Notes under the pieces: generated by a model | The model's input: the letters and a program-made list of their open reading frames with translations, nothing else | Told to the model about the DNA's origin: nothing | Databases searched by the model: none | Shown here: one piece after another, positions 21,040 through 32,245 of the stretch | Layout of the letters: the number at the start of each line of letters is the position of its first letter | Numbering within the stretch: the first letter of the stretch is position 1 | Assembly: GCA_963803975.1 (NCBI GenBank) | Contig: CAWDOY010000051.1 | Coordinates: forward strand, 1-45,807 | Origin: an uncultured delta proteobacterium | GTDB taxonomy: Bacteria; Desulfobacterota; WTBG01; CAIYCZ01 | Direction: 5' to 3' | DNA length: 45,807 bases | Made by a program: the position numbers and the translations under genes

Positions 21040-21082
21040 ACGAATTACAGTGTGTACGAGAAATTCACCAGCGGATTACACC

Positions 21083-21834
21083 ATGCAGGAAACAGACATT
21101 AAAAAAGTTTTGCAGCAGGTACAGAACGGCAGGCTGACGGTTGATAAGGCAGTTGAGCGCCTGCGCGACCTGCCGTTTGAAGACCTCGGGTTTGCCCACA
21201 TAGACCATCACCGGCCGCTGCGGCAGGGATTTCCCGAGGTGATCTGGGGTGAAGGTAAATCTGCCGGGCAGATTACGGGATCATAAACACCATGTATGCA
21301 AGAAAATACCCGATCCTTGCAACCCGGATTGAGCCGAAGAAAGCTGCGCAGATAAAAAAAGCTTTCCCCAAGGCCACCTACTATCCGCAATCGCGGGTGC
21401 TGACCATAGTTCAGGGAACGATTAAAGAAAAGGGCAGGGGCCTGATTCTGGTCATTTCCGCCGGCACCTCGGATATCCCGGTGGCTGAAGAAGCGTACGT
21501 AACCGCACGCATTATGGGCAATCGAGTTGAGTACCTCTATGATGTCGGCGTGGCGGGCCTTCACCGGCTCATGAGCCGCAAGGAGAAACTGTTCAGCGCC
21601 AATGTCCTCATCGTGGTGGCAGGCATGGAGGGAGCGCTGCCGAGCGTCGTGGGCGGCCTGGTGTCGCGCCCGGTCATAGCTGTCCCCACCAGCATCGGCT
21701 ATGGCTCAAGCTTTGGCGGCATTACCGCGCTGCTGGGCATGCTTAACTCGTGCGCGTCAGGGGTTGCCGTGGTGAACATTGACAACGGCTTTGGCGCCGG
21801 CTATGTGGCAAGCCTTATCAACCGGGGTGAATAA
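21083..21834 (+). CDS. larB: Nickel pincer cofactor biosynthesis protein LarB (one frameshift near 21280)
   Basis: [58 protein letters not shown] and NIDNGFGAG. Confidence 0.92.
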
Positions 21835-23025
21835 ATGAAATGTCTTTATTTTGACTGCTTTGCCGGCATCAGCGGCGATATGACCCTTGGCGCGCTTCTT
21901 GACCTCGGGGTGCCGCTCTGCCTATCTCACGAAGCAGCTGGGCAGGCTTTCCCTTTCCGACTACCGCATACGGGTATCGCGCGCGCTGAAGATGGGCATC
22001 GGCGGGAAAAAAGTGACGGTGCAGTGCGCACAGCCATGGCCATCATCATGAGCATCGCTCATACCGCACTATTGAGGCACTCATTAACAAAAGCGCCCTG
22101 AAAAAGAGCGTTAAAGAGGTAAGCCTGAATATTTTTTCATGCCTGGCCCGGGCAGAGGCGCACATCCACCGGAAAAAGGTGGCGGATGTCCATTTTCATG
22201 AGGTGGGCGCGGTTGATTCTATTGTGGACATTGTCGGCTCGGCCATAGGCGTGGACTATCTCGGGATTGACGCCTGTTTTTCCTCAGCGCTGCCCCTTGG
22301 TTCCGGTTTTGTGCAGTGCCAGCATGGCACCCTGCCGGTGCCGGCACCTGCCACCCTGGAGCTGTTAGCGCGGGGTCCCGGTCTATCAGAGCGATGTGAA
22401 AGGCGAACTGGTCACGCCGACCGGTGCGGCAATTCTTACCACGCTGGTGAAGAGCTTTGGCGCGCTTCCGCCCCTGAACATCATAAAGGTCGGCTACGGG
22501 GCCGGGAGCAATGACTTTCCGCAATTGCCGAACATGCTGCGGGTTATTCTGGGTGAGGCGCAAGCAGCATCTGCAGATGAGCAGGTGTGGGTGCTTGAGG
22601 CAAACATCGATGACATGAACCCCGAGTGGGCCGGCTTTCTCATGGAGCAGCTGCTCAGCGCCGGAGCACTCGATGTTGCCTTCATCCCCCTGTATATGAA
22701 AAAAAACCGGCCCGGCACCATGCTCCAGGTAATCTGCACTGAGAGCCTTCAGCCGCACCTTCTCAAGCTTATTTTCCAGGAATCAACCACTGCCGGGATC
22801 CGCTACCACCGGGCTGCCCGCGCCGTATTACAGCGCAGCCAGGGCACATTAAAAACTAAATTCGGCACCCTGAAGGTTAAAATTTTACAGGGCGGCGGGA
22901 ATGCTGCTGTTACACCGGAATTTGAGGAATGCAGGCGCATAGCTTTGCAGAAGGGTGTGCCGTTAAAAGAGGTATATGCGGAAGTGATTGCTGCCGGAAA
23001 ACGTGGCAGACGATCTTTGCCATGA
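21835..23025 (+). CDS. larC: Nickel pincer cofactor biosynthesis protein LarC (several frameshifts)
   Basis: [21 protein letters not shown], His-rich HGHHHEHR in a shifted frame, [50 protein letters not shown] and PEFEEC. Confidence 0.92.
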
Positions 23026-23030
23026 AGCAC

Positions 23031-23059
23031 TTGCCAGGGGGCCGCGTTTAATCCATAAT
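23031..23059 (+). promoter_or_regulatory. Sigma70-type promoter upstream of FmdB-like gene
   Basis: TTGCCA-N17-CATAAT. Confidence 0.55.
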
Positions 23060-23105
23060 TATAATATAGAGTGAAGATGAATTTTAAATAGAAAGGGCGT
23101 CAGCG

Positions 23106-23333
23106 ATGCCTATTTATGAATTTCATTGCAGCGGGTGCCAGCATGACTTTGAAGACCTGGTATTCGGCAACAAATTGCCTGAACAGTGTCCCCAGTGCGG
23201 GGGCAGTGCCATAGAAAAGCTTTTGTCTGCTTTCAGCTTCAAGAGCGCCGGGGGAGATGGTGGTGCTGTAAGCTCAGCAAGCTCCGGCGGCTGTGGCTCC
23301 TGCGCTTCCAAGAACTGCAGTTCCTGCCGGTAG
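23106..23333 (+). CDS. FmdB family zinc-ribbon protein
   Basis: MPIYEFHCSGC...CPQCG and a C-terminal CGSC...CSSC. Confidence 0.9.
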   Translation: MPIYEFHCSGCQHDFEDLVFGNKLPEQCPQCGGSAIEKLLSAFSFKSAGGDGGAVSSASSGGCGSCASKNCSSCR

Positions 23334-23418
23334 ATCTATTATAATCCTGCACATCAGAGGATCGTAAAATTAAGCTCCATGCACTTTGCTATACCCATAC
23401 CTTCTTTAATAGCGTCGG

Positions 23419-24213
23419 TTATTCCCCGCTGCTGCCGGGCACTGTTTCCGGCAATCCTGCCGCCAGAGCCTCTGCCGCCGCAGCAATAACTTTCAGAACC
23501 GCCCGCACATGCCAGCGGAAGCGCATAAGCCTGAACAGGTCGCGCGGCTTCCGCACAAAATGGAGCACCAGCCCTGACAGCCCGTGCTTTTTGTCTTCAC
23601 GGAAATTATTTTTTCATAATCAATAATAGATTTCTCCGCGGTATCTGAAATGACGCGCACATTGATGAAGGGGACTCCCGCTGCGCTCAGAACAGCGGCC
23701 ATGGCAGCGCTCTCCATCTCTATGACGCTTGCATTAAAGGTCTTGTGTATCCAGGCTTTTTTTTCTCTGAGATGGACGAACCGCTCGACAGTGAGGCAGT
23801 TACCAATGACAGGGGTGTAACCCTGCCTGCAGAAGGACCTGCTGCGCAGCTGTATTCAGCCCGGCATGACAGCAAAAGGTGCTGCTGACTCCGGTTCTTT
23901 TTGTGTCATGGATGGGGCCCTCTTTGCGCAGGATCTTCTCGATGATGACAATATCCCCGAGTTTGAGGCCCGGTGCTGCCGCTCCTGCCGCGCCCATGAG
24001 TACCACATACGCGGGCTTAAAATGGTCGATAATGGATTGGGCAGCCTGTTTTGCCCGCCGGGGGCCGACACCGGTTTCCACCAGCGCGATCTCTCTGCCC
24101 CGCAACGATCCTCTTATAACCAGGGCATGGGAAAGAGAGTGCTGTCCGGTAATGCGGATTTTTTTTCTGATTGCTCCTGCTTCAGCAGCAGTTGCACAGG
24201 AAATGATGAGCAT
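23419..24213 (-). CDS. Purine-nucleoside phosphorylase / MTA-SAH nucleosidase superfamily protein (frameshifted)
   Basis: VETGVGPRRA and GAAGA...LKLGDIVI in ORF 23800-24213. (E)MESAAMA and VRVISD in ORF 23493-23717. Confidence 0.75.
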
Positions 24214-24276
24214 ACGAGTGTGAAAGTATTATACAGGGAAGTAAGAAGCAAGCTGCACGCAGTGACCGGCGGGGTG

Positions 24277-24541
24277 TTATTGATAATCAGACTGATCGAG
24301 CTTTTCCAGCTCGTTGCGCAGCCGTTTTATCTCTTTCTTTAATTTAAACCGTTTTACCACATCAAGGATGTTCCCGCACACAACCCCGGCAAAGAAGGGG
24401 ATCAATACCAGCAGATACACAGCACAGCCCAGCTTGAAGCCATAGTAGGTAATATCCGCCGGGTGATTATTTTCAACGGCAAAGGTGACCAGGAGTCCCA
24501 GAATAATTATAAAACACAGCGTATTGAAGTAAGGTTCTCAT
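24277..24541 (-). CDS. LapA (DUF1049)-like small membrane protein; absent from the ORF track because of a +1 indel near the start
   Basis: Removing one base gives MRTYFNTLCFIIILGLLVTFAVENNHPADITYYGFKLGCAVYLLVLIPFFAGVVCGNILDVVKRFKLKKEIKRLRNELEKLDQSDYQ*. It has two TM helices, an FAxxN motif and a basic coiled-coil tail. Confidence 0.7.
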
Positions 24542-24612
24542 AGACAGCTCTTTAAACATGACAGGTATGGGTGAACGATTGGTCAGAATCTTTTATATTT
24601 TTTATAGAGCTA

Positions 24613-24819
24613 TTATTTATCGTGCACATCCGGGCTGGTAACCAGCAGCTCTATTTTATCTCTCTGAAATCGCCAGGAGTTCCCAACGCGAAACGCAGGG
24701 ATGTCCCCCCTTTTCACCAATTTATAGATGGTGATCTTTGAGAGTTTTAAAAATGACGCCACATCGTCGATAGTCATGATTGCACTGTTTTCCAGCGGGT
24801 CTTTCATAATACCCCTCAC
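24613..24819 (-). CDS. Excisionase-family (HTH_17) DNA-binding protein
   Basis: MTIDDVASFLKLSKITIYKLVKRGDIPAFRVGNSWRF. Confidence 0.88.
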   Translation of the reverse strand: MRGIMKDPLENSAIMTIDDVASFLKLSKITIYKLVKRGDIPAFRVGNSWRFQRDKIELLVTSPDVHDK

Positions 24820-25051
24820 CTGAAATAGCTATTCATTAGTAAGTGACACGGTATGGTATATTTTATGGAAATAGATAGAATTCATTTCTATTGTCTTCTG
24901 AAGAATGCTTAACTGCTTAATCGCTAAAGCATTTAATTTTAAGATAAATCCCTGCTTCTAAGTGCTATTTGTTTAGACTTTCTATAACAGAATTAAAAAA
25001 TAATTCAATAAAAAAAATATTGCCATACATTATTTATTTCTGTGCATAGAA

Positions 25052-25076
25052 ACCATTGCCTTAATAAGGCAACGGT
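25052..25076. promoter_or_regulatory. Palindromic candidate operator between the divergent HTH gene and queD
   Basis: ACCATTGCCTT-AAT-AAGGCAACGGT (11-bp arms, one mismatch). Confidence 0.45.
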
Positions 25077-25193
25077 ATTGTTTTATTATTGCAGGGTATG
25101 AGCATGGCATTTTCCATGGACAAATCCATAAGTGTCTGATATTAATTTAATTATTCATTTAACAGCATTCATATAGGTGCATCAGGTATTCAT

Positions 25194-25565
25194 ATGTTTG
25201 AAGTATCAATTGAGACCTCATTCTCAGCTGCCCACCGGCTGAGAAATTACAAGGGAAACTGTGAAGCACTGCACGGTCATAACTGGAAGGTCCAGGTAAC
25301 CGTGGAGACCGCGGCTTTAAATGAAATCGGGCTCGGCATAGACTTCAGAGAGCTCAAGGAGAAGACCGGCAGCGTCCTGTCACAGCTTGACCATGCCTTC
25401 TTAAATGATCTGGCCCCTTTTCAGGAAATAAATCCGTCTTCTGAAGAGATTGCCCGGTTTCTGTTCAGAGAGCTCAAAAGAGAAATAGCTATCCCGCCCG
25501 TTCGCCTGAAGAAAGTATCAGTATGGGAATCAGATAACTCCTGGGTGACATACTGCGAGGATTAA
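25194..25565 (+). CDS. queD: 6-carboxy-5,6,7,8-tetrahydropterin synthase
   Basis: FSAAHRL, CEALHGHNW, LDHAFLN and VWES. Confidence 0.93.
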   Translation: MFEVSIETSFSAAHRLRNYKGNCEALHGHNWKVQVTVETAALNEIGLGIDFRELKEKTGSVLSQLDHAFLNDLAPFQEINPSSEEIARFLFRELKREIAIPPVRLKKVSVWESDNSWVTYCED

Positions 25566-25623
25566 CAACAGAGCAGGCAATAACCGCACGCGACCAGTCT
25601 CATAGAACTATCAGTGCCCGTCA

Positions 25624-26403
25624 ATGAACTTAAAAGATATCCAGAGCCAGCAGGATCACCGCAACATAGAGATTAACAAAGTGGGGGTGAAAAGCATTCG
25701 TTACCCCATCACGGTGCTGGACAAGCAAAACAAAACCCAGCATACGATAGCAACGATCAACATGTATGTGAATCTTCCCCATCACTTCAAAGGCACGCAC
25801 ATGAGCCGCTTTATTGAGATTCTCAATACCTATCGTAAGGGGATCAACGTTGAGAACCTCTCCCAGATTCTTATGAAGATGAAGGAAAAGCTGGACTCTG
25901 AGTCTGCTCACATGGAGATTACCTTTCCCTATTTTATAGAAAAGCAGGCTCCGGTGACCAGGGCCAAAAGCCTGATGGAATATACCTGCCACATCTGGGG
26001 AACCCATAACAAAAAAGCTGACCTCATCGTGGGCGTGGAAGTGCCGATGACAACGCTCTGCCCCTGTTCCAAGGAAATAAGCAACTACGGCGCTCACAAT
26101 CAGAGAAGCATGGTAACGGTTGCAGTGCGCTTCAAGAAATTTTTCTGGATTGAGGATTTGATCCGGATTGTTGAATCCTGCGCATCAAGTGAAGTGTATC
26201 CGCTGCTGAAACGGCCGGATGAAAAATTTGTCACGGAAAAAGCGTTTGACAACCCCATGTTTGTAGAAGATGTGGTGCGCAGCATTGCAGCGCGGCTTGA
26301 CCGTGACGCTAACATCACCTGGTACAGCGTGGAATCAGAAAACCAGGAAAGCATTCACAATCACAGTGCCTATGCGTTCATCGAAAAGGGAACCAGGCGG
26401 TGA
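25624..26403 (+). CDS. folE2: GTP cyclohydrolase I type 2 (FolE2)
   Basis: KGTHMSRF, LCPCSKEIS, GAHNQRS, LKRPDEK, NPMFVED and ESIHNH. Confidence 0.95.
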   Translation: MNLKDIQSQQDHRNIEINKVGVKSIRYPITVLDKQNKTQHTIATINMYVNLPHHFKGTHMSRFIEILNTYRKGINVENLSQILMKMKEKLDSESAHMEITFPYFIEKQAPVTRAKSLMEYTCHIWGTHNKKADLIVGVEVPMTTLCPCSKEISNYGAHNQRSMVTVAVRFKKFFWIEDLIRIVESCASSEVYPLLKRPDEKFVTEKAFDNPMFVEDVVRSIAARLDRDANITWYSVESENQESIHNHSAYAFIEKGTRR

Positions 26404-26462
26404 TCTAAAAAAAACACCTGATGAGCAGGTTTCAGGTACCTCATGCACGGGGGCTTCACACT

Positions 26463-27373
26463 ATGAAAACAAAAGAGCTTAAAGAAAAACCCAGGCCGGA
26501 CCTTCTGGCGCTTGCCGCTCAGATTAAAGATCACCGGCCGTCACCGGATGAATAAAGATGAATTGGCAGCCGCTATTGTAAAGGCGGCACAGAAGGCCGA
26601 CGCAGCAAAAAAGAAAAAGCCGCCGGCCGGGCCAAAAATAAAAGCTGAACCGAAACGAAAAAAGGCCCTGACGGTAAAAAGAACACCGGTAAAGATACCC
26701 GTTTCTAAAGCAGCGCCGCAGAGAGAAGCTATCATTGATAAACAGTGGCAGGAAGATGTGGAGCGGGCCAAGTATGAGCTGTTTGCTGCTCCTCCTGCAT
26801 TGGAAGCCGCATCCCGGCAGGAGCTTCCTCACGAGTATGGTGAAACCGGCATTACCGCGCTGGTGCGGGACCCGCACTGGGCATTTGCGTACTGGGAGAT
26901 TGAGCCGCAGCGGCTACGGCAGGCACAGCAGGCAATCGGCGACGACGCAGGTGAGGCTCAGACCGTCCTGCGGGTCTATGATATAACCGGCATTGAATTT
27001 AACGGTACCAATGCCCACCATTATTTTGACATTATTGTCAATGCCCGGACCGGCAGCTGGTACCTTAACCTGGGAGCAGCGGATAGAACCTATGGTATAG
27101 ACATTGGCCTGAGGACGGCAAAGGGAGCGTTCCAGGTGCTGGCCCGGTCAGCCGCAGTCCACGCTCCCCGCGCCCGGATGTCAGATGTTATAGATGAGCA
27201 GTATGCAGCGTCACGGGAGCAGTCTGAAAAAATATATGCCCTCTCCGGCGGGTATGGCAGTTGACGCAGGCTCTTTGTCGCTCCAGGAGATGGCGGCACA
27301 ACGGCTGAAAGAGCAGGTAAGCTCGCCGGGCATGTCCTCCGGGAAACAGGCGGGAGTGCCGCGAAAAAAATAG
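26463..27373 (+). CDS. DUF4912 domain protein with N-terminal Rho-N-like motif (frameshifts near 26520 and 27255)
   Basis: MKTKELKEK..DLLALA..KITGRHRMNKDELAAAI, LPHEYGETGITALVRDPHWAFAYWE, LRVYDITG and GSWYL. It lies upstream of a GH57 gene, the usual context for this family. Confidence 0.8.
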
Positions 27374-27420
27374 CAGCGGCAAGGTCCGGTTCAACCGCCA
27401 GCAGGTGCTTTATAAGGCCG

Positions 27421-27449
27421 TTGTGCTGAAAAACGTCCTTTGTTACAAT
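27421..27449 (+). promoter_or_regulatory. Possible sigma70 promoter of the GH57 gene
   Basis: TTGTGC-N17-TACAAT with an extended TG motif. Confidence 0.4.
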
Positions 27450-27541
27450 TTTTTCCGGGCTGAGGGGGTGCATACAAACGCTGTACAGCGACCGGCGCTT
27501 GCTGCTGCTCCGCAGCTAACTGATTTAGAACTTTTTTTACT

Positions 27542-29124
27542 ATGGAACAAGGCTACCTCGCCATCGTCCTCCATGCGCACCTGCCCTTTGTCCGCCACCC
27601 GGAGTACAGCGATTTCCTGGAAGAGGACTGGTTTTTTGAAGCGCTTACCGAAACCTATATTCCGCTGCTGCAGATGATGGATGGCCTGGTGCGGGATGGT
27701 GTTGAGTTCCGGCTCACCGTGTCTTTAAGTCCCACCCTGCTGTCGATGATGATTGATCCGCTCCTGCAGGAGCGGTACCTGAAGAAGCTTGATAAGCTGA
27801 TAGCGCTGTCTGCACGGGAAATCGAGCGCACGGCTGCGCAGCCGCTGTTTCAAAAGCTTGCGCTTCATTATCACGATACGTTCAGCGCTGCCCGGCAGCA
27901 CTTCACGCACACCTACCAGGCCAATCTGGTGGAGGCTTTTCGCTGTTTTCAGGAACACGGGTACCTGGAAATAATTACCTGTGCGGCAACTCACGCCTTT
28001 CTTCCGCTCCTGAACCGGAATCGCCCGGTCATACGGGCACAGATTCAGACAGCGGTCGCACAGTATACGAAAGCTTTTCGCACAAGACCCCCGGGGCATC
28101 TGGCTGCCCGAGTGCGGCTTTGAGCCGGGCATTGATGAGGTGCTCAGGGAGTTTAACCTCAACTATTTTTTTGTCGACACGCATGGCATTCTCCATGCGT
28201 CTCCCGCGGGCGCGCTACGGGGTCTATGCGCCGGTGTACTGCCCGTCAGGAGTTGCCGCGTTCGGCAGGGATGGCGAATCTTCAAAGCAGGTGTGGAGCT
28301 CCCACGCGGGATACCCGGGTGACAGCGATTACCGCGATTTTTACCGGGATATCGGGTTTGACCTTGATTATGACTACATACGGCCCTATCTCCACGGGGA
28401 CGGCATCCGCGTCAGCACCGGCATAAAGTACTACCGTATCACCGGCGACACAGCGGACAAGGCCCCCTATGACCCTGAAGCAGCACGTATTAAAGCGCGC
28501 GCCCATGCAGATAATTTTATGACCAGCCGGGTGCAAGCAGGCTGCATACCTCTACGATTTCCTTGGTATAAAGCCCGTCATTGCTGCTCCCTATGATGCC
28601 GAGCTTTTTGGCCACTGGTGGTATGAAGGGCCGCAGTGGCTCGATTTTTTGCTGCGCACAGCAGCTGCTGACCAGACGGTTTTACGCCTGATCACGCCGT
28701 CCGAGTATCTTGCACAATACCCCGATCATCAGGTGGCACTGCCCGCACTGTCAAGCTGGGGATGGAAAGGATACAGCGAGGTGTGGCTTGAAGAGAGCAA
28801 TGACTGGATTTACCGCCACCTGCATAAAGCAGGCGAAGGGATGGTTGCGCTGGCGCGCAAATTTCCGTGCGCTCACGGTATCACGCTGCGGGCGCTGAAC
28901 CAGGCAGCCCGGGAGCTGCTGCTGGCCCAGAGCAGTGACTGGGCATTTATTATGAAGACGCAAACCCTGGCGAGCTATGCGGTCGGGAGAACAAAGACCC
29001 ACCTGCTCAATTTTAACCGCCTGCGGGAAGAGATTTTAAAGGCAGAGATCAATGAGAGTGGCTTGCTGACGTGGAGAGCCGGGACAACCTGTTCCCTGAT
29101 ATTGACTACCGGGTGTATGCATAG
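27542..29124 (+). CDS. GH57 family 1,4-alpha-glucan branching enzyme (DUF1957), frameshift-fragmented
   Basis: LHAHLPFVRHPE, ETYIPLL, GIWLPECG, YRDFYRDIG, PYDAELFGHWWYEGP and LLLAQSSDWAF, spread over successive frames. Confidence 0.92.
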
Positions 29125-29220
29125 CTAACAGGCTGTTGCAAAACTGCCCACTGTTTTATTGTCGCCTCGTGCGGAAGTTATTCGCTATAGAAATGTTTGC
29201 GGAACGGCAAGGCTTTATGC

Positions 29221-29249
29221 TTGCCATCGCAGGCAATTTTAAATAGTAT
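29221..29249 (+). promoter_or_regulatory. Sigma70-type promoter upstream of SpoIID-like gene
   Basis: TTGCCA-N17-TAGTAT. Confidence 0.55.
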
Positions 29250-29282
29250 GAAGCATGCTATCCACTATCAAGAACATTGACC

Positions 29283-30852
29283 ATGAGAAAACGTAGCGGC
29301 AGGGTTACTCTGCTGCTCGCTTTTTTTGCTTCTTAGCGGTGCAGCCCATTCTGAACCTCTTATTCCCGCCACATTATTTACCCTTGCTGAAACCTGTCAT
29401 AAAAACGGGCGCTATCTGGAAGCACTCAGTTTTTACCGGGATGTACTGCTTAATAGCGAGCCCGCAGCGGTTCCGGCAGTTCTGTATAAAAATATGGGAG
29501 ACATTTACTATGAGTATCTGGAGGGCTATGAGCAGGCCCTGTCATGCTACCGGAAACAGGTGGAAACATTTCCCGCGCTGCCCTGCACCCCGGACGTGCA
29601 CCTCCGGATTGCCCGCATTTTATATCTGCAGGGGCTTAAAGAACAGGCGCGCGCGCACTATCAGTTTATCCGCACGACATTCCCTGCCTACGCGAAAAAA
29701 AATTCTTTCGCAGAAGAACTGCGGCGGCTGGAAAAAGGGGAACCGCCGTTTGCCTGCAGCACGGTTTCCCTGGAGCAGCAGCTGCCGTTGCATATCAGGG
29801 TCCTGTTAAAAGATGATGCAGAGCCGGCAGAGCTTTCAGCGCCACGAGGCCTGAGCTTTTTTACTGACCAGCCGGTCCCGTTTCTTACCATACCGGCCGG
29901 CACGCGGATTTATTGCCGGCCGGGAAAAGAGGGCATCGCCCTTGACAGCCAAAGGGTAGCAAAAACTCCGGTCAGGATAGAGGCCGTCGAAGAGGCCGGT
30001 ATTGAGGTAAATAAAAAAACCTATCGCGGCGCGGTGTGGGCGTATCTGCGGGAGGGGCGGCTGGTGCTGGTGAACCATGTGCCGCTGGAAGAGTACCTGT
30101 ACGGTGTGCTCGCCAAAGAGGTGCCGGCAAGCTGGCCGGAAGCTGCCTTGCAGGCCCAGGCTGTTGCTGCCCGCACCTATGCCCTGTACCATGTACTAAA
30201 AAGAACCCCGGAACTGTTTGATGTTTTTTCAACCACGGCATCCCAGGTCTATGGCGGGCGGGACAGCGAGAAGACCGCATCCCGGAAGGCTGTTGATGAG
30301 ACAAAAGGCCTGGTGCTCAGCTATGATAAGAAACTGGCACTGCCCCTGTACCATGCTAACAGCGGCGGCATGACGGCAGCGGCGGAAGATATATGGGGAT
30401 GGCCTGCTGCCTATCTTACGGCCAGGACCGATGAGTTCAGCAGGGATATGAAAAACTTCCAGTGGGACGGTGCTGTCGCCGCAGATGAGCTGGCCGGCCA
30501 TCTGCAGAAGGCAGGATGTGCGCTGCCGGTTATGGAAACTATTACCCCCCTGCAGAGAGACCGCTCCGGCCGGATTACCCGGCTTGCCCTGCAGGAAGGG
30601 AAGCACACCTCGTATCTCTCGGGAAACAGTTTCCGGCTGTTGGCGGGCCCGGCACAGATAAAGAGCGCGCATTTTACTGTTGAAAGAAATAACCAATCGT
30701 TTATATTTAACGGCAGCGGCTACGGCCATGGTGTCGGCATGAGCCAGTGGGGCGCATGTAACATGGCCCGTCAGGGATACCGGGCTGAACAGATCCTGCA
30801 ATGGTATTATCCGGGAACAACAATGGTAACGGTACGCTATAAGAACAAATAA
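29283..30852 (+). CDS. SpoIID/LytB domain lytic transglycosylase with N-terminal TPR repeats
   Basis: YRG...VNHVPLEEYLYGVLAKE, ALQAQAVAARTYA, QVYGG, GYGHGVGMSQWGA and ILQWYYPG. The N-terminus is TPR-like. The signal peptide from ATG 29283 is broken at a T-homopolymer. Confidence 0.9.
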
Positions 30853-30878
30853 TAATAGCAGATGGAAAGGAACTATGC

Positions 30879-31382
30879 ATGATGAAAAGAGTGTTTACAT
30901 GGCAGGTGCTTTTACTCGCGGCTGTTTTTTCTCTGGGGGCAAAGGATGAAAATGCTTCAAAGATACAGGAGCCGGCCAAATCAATCGGCAGCGCTGTTTC
31001 GTCTAAGGCTGCTGTCGATGATCTCAAAAAGGTGCAGCAGGAAGCAGAGCCGATCATCGAGAATATCCTGGCAGCTATGAATGCAAAAAACCACGAGCAC
31101 TATATCAGGGATTTCAATGCATCAATGAAGGCTGCCTATCCGCAGGATGTCTTCAAAAAAAACACCAGGCTGCTGGGAGCTGCTATCGGAAAATATGTTT
31201 CCAGAACCCCCTGGAAGGGGGAGATAGCAAGTCAACATTTTATTATATATTACCAGGCAAAATTCACCAAAGCTAAAGGGCCGGTTGTGGTGCGGCTGGT
31301 ACTGGAGCGAAACGAGAACAAGCTGCAGGTTGTTTTCCTGTCGTTTGATGCACCGGAATTAAAAGACCTCAAAGAGAAATAA
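30879..31382 (+). CDS. Exported protein, DUF3887/NTF2-like
   Basis: Signal-peptide-like N-terminus. IENILAAMN..Y..DF..MK..IGKY..YQAKFTK pattern. Confidence 0.6.
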   Translation: MMKRVFTWQVLLLAAVFSLGAKDENASKIQEPAKSIGSAVSSKAAVDDLKKVQQEAEPIIENILAAMNAKNHEHYIRDFNASMKAAYPQDVFKKNTRLLGAAIGKYVSRTPWKGEIASQHFIIYYQAKFTKAKGPVVVRLVLERNENKLQVVFLSFDAPELKDLKEK

Positions 31383-31387
31383 AGCAA

Positions 31388-32238
31388 ATGAAGGCGGCTC
31401 GGGTTATTCTAAAAAAACACGCAGAGCTTTTCCCATGATTCAGCATGGTCTTCCCGGCACGGTGATCACTGTCCGCTATCCGTTTGCTATAACGGCATAT
31501 GAACGGTCTCCGGGAAATGTGCTGGTCGTTGCGCCGCATCCTGATGACGATGTTATCGGTGCCGGCGGCATGATGGTGCTGCTGGCGCAAGAGCGGCCGC
31601 GCAGTGTTTTCTCTCTATGTGACTGACGGTCGCAATTCACCCGCAGTTCCGCCGGCTGCCGGGAAGAAAGCAGTGGCGGGCATCCGGCGGCGCGAGGCGC
31701 TGGCAGCGCTTAAAGCCGTGAAAGCCTGCGGCGCTAGTCTTTCTCAATTATAACAGCCAGGAATTGCAGGATAAAAAACGCAGCGAAGCAATAAAAGCTA
31801 TTCGGGAAGTACTTTCTTTTTTGCGGCCGGAAACAGTATATGTCCCCACACCCGTTTGACCGGCATCCGACTCATGGCGCTGTCTTGCGCTTGACGCTCA
31901 CCGCCCTGCGAAGCATCCGGGGGTTCACCCCGCAGCTCTTCGGCTACAATGTCTGGGGAGGGGTGTATGGGGTACGGGGCTTAAAGGCGGTTGATATTTC
32001 AAGCGTGGTGAAGCTGAAAAGAAAGGCGATCCGAATGCATCGCAGTCAGATCGCCTATAAGGCATATGATGAGGGAATACTTGCCCGAAATCGCTATGAA
32101 GCGGTCTTTGCCGAGACCCACGGGCCTGAGCAGTGCCGCTACGTGGAATCATTTCTGGACATGCAGGAGCTGGTTACCAATAAAAAACTGGGCATGCAGC
32201 GCTTTGTCCAGCAGGTGCTCGCGCAATATGAACCCTAA
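31388..32238 (+). CDS. PIG-L/LmbE family N-acetylglucosaminyl deacetylase (frameshifted)
   Basis: VLVVAPHPDDDVIGAGG, TDG, RRREA, PHPFDRHPTH and KRKAIRMHRSQ. Confidence 0.85.
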
Positions 32239-32245
32239 CCGGCTG

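Noticed and set aside
21835..23025. Programmed ribosomal frameshift in larC (known for larC1/larC2 in some lactobacilli)
   Set aside because: There are several breaks, none at the C1/C2 boundary (LRVILGE...EANIDD is contiguous here), and neighbouring genes show the same indel noise.
24613..24819. Excisionase as a marker of a prophage or ICE
   Set aside because: No integrase, att repeats or phage genes are adjacent, and stand-alone HTH_17 genes are common.
24820..25193. preQ1 riboswitch upstream of queD
   Set aside because: No recognisable preQ1 stem-loop with A-rich tail could be found by eye. An Rfam scan would settle it.
29126..29195. AACAGGCTGTTGCAAAAC resembling an IS/MITE terminal repeat
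   Set aside because: No convincing matching inverted end or transposase was found nearby.
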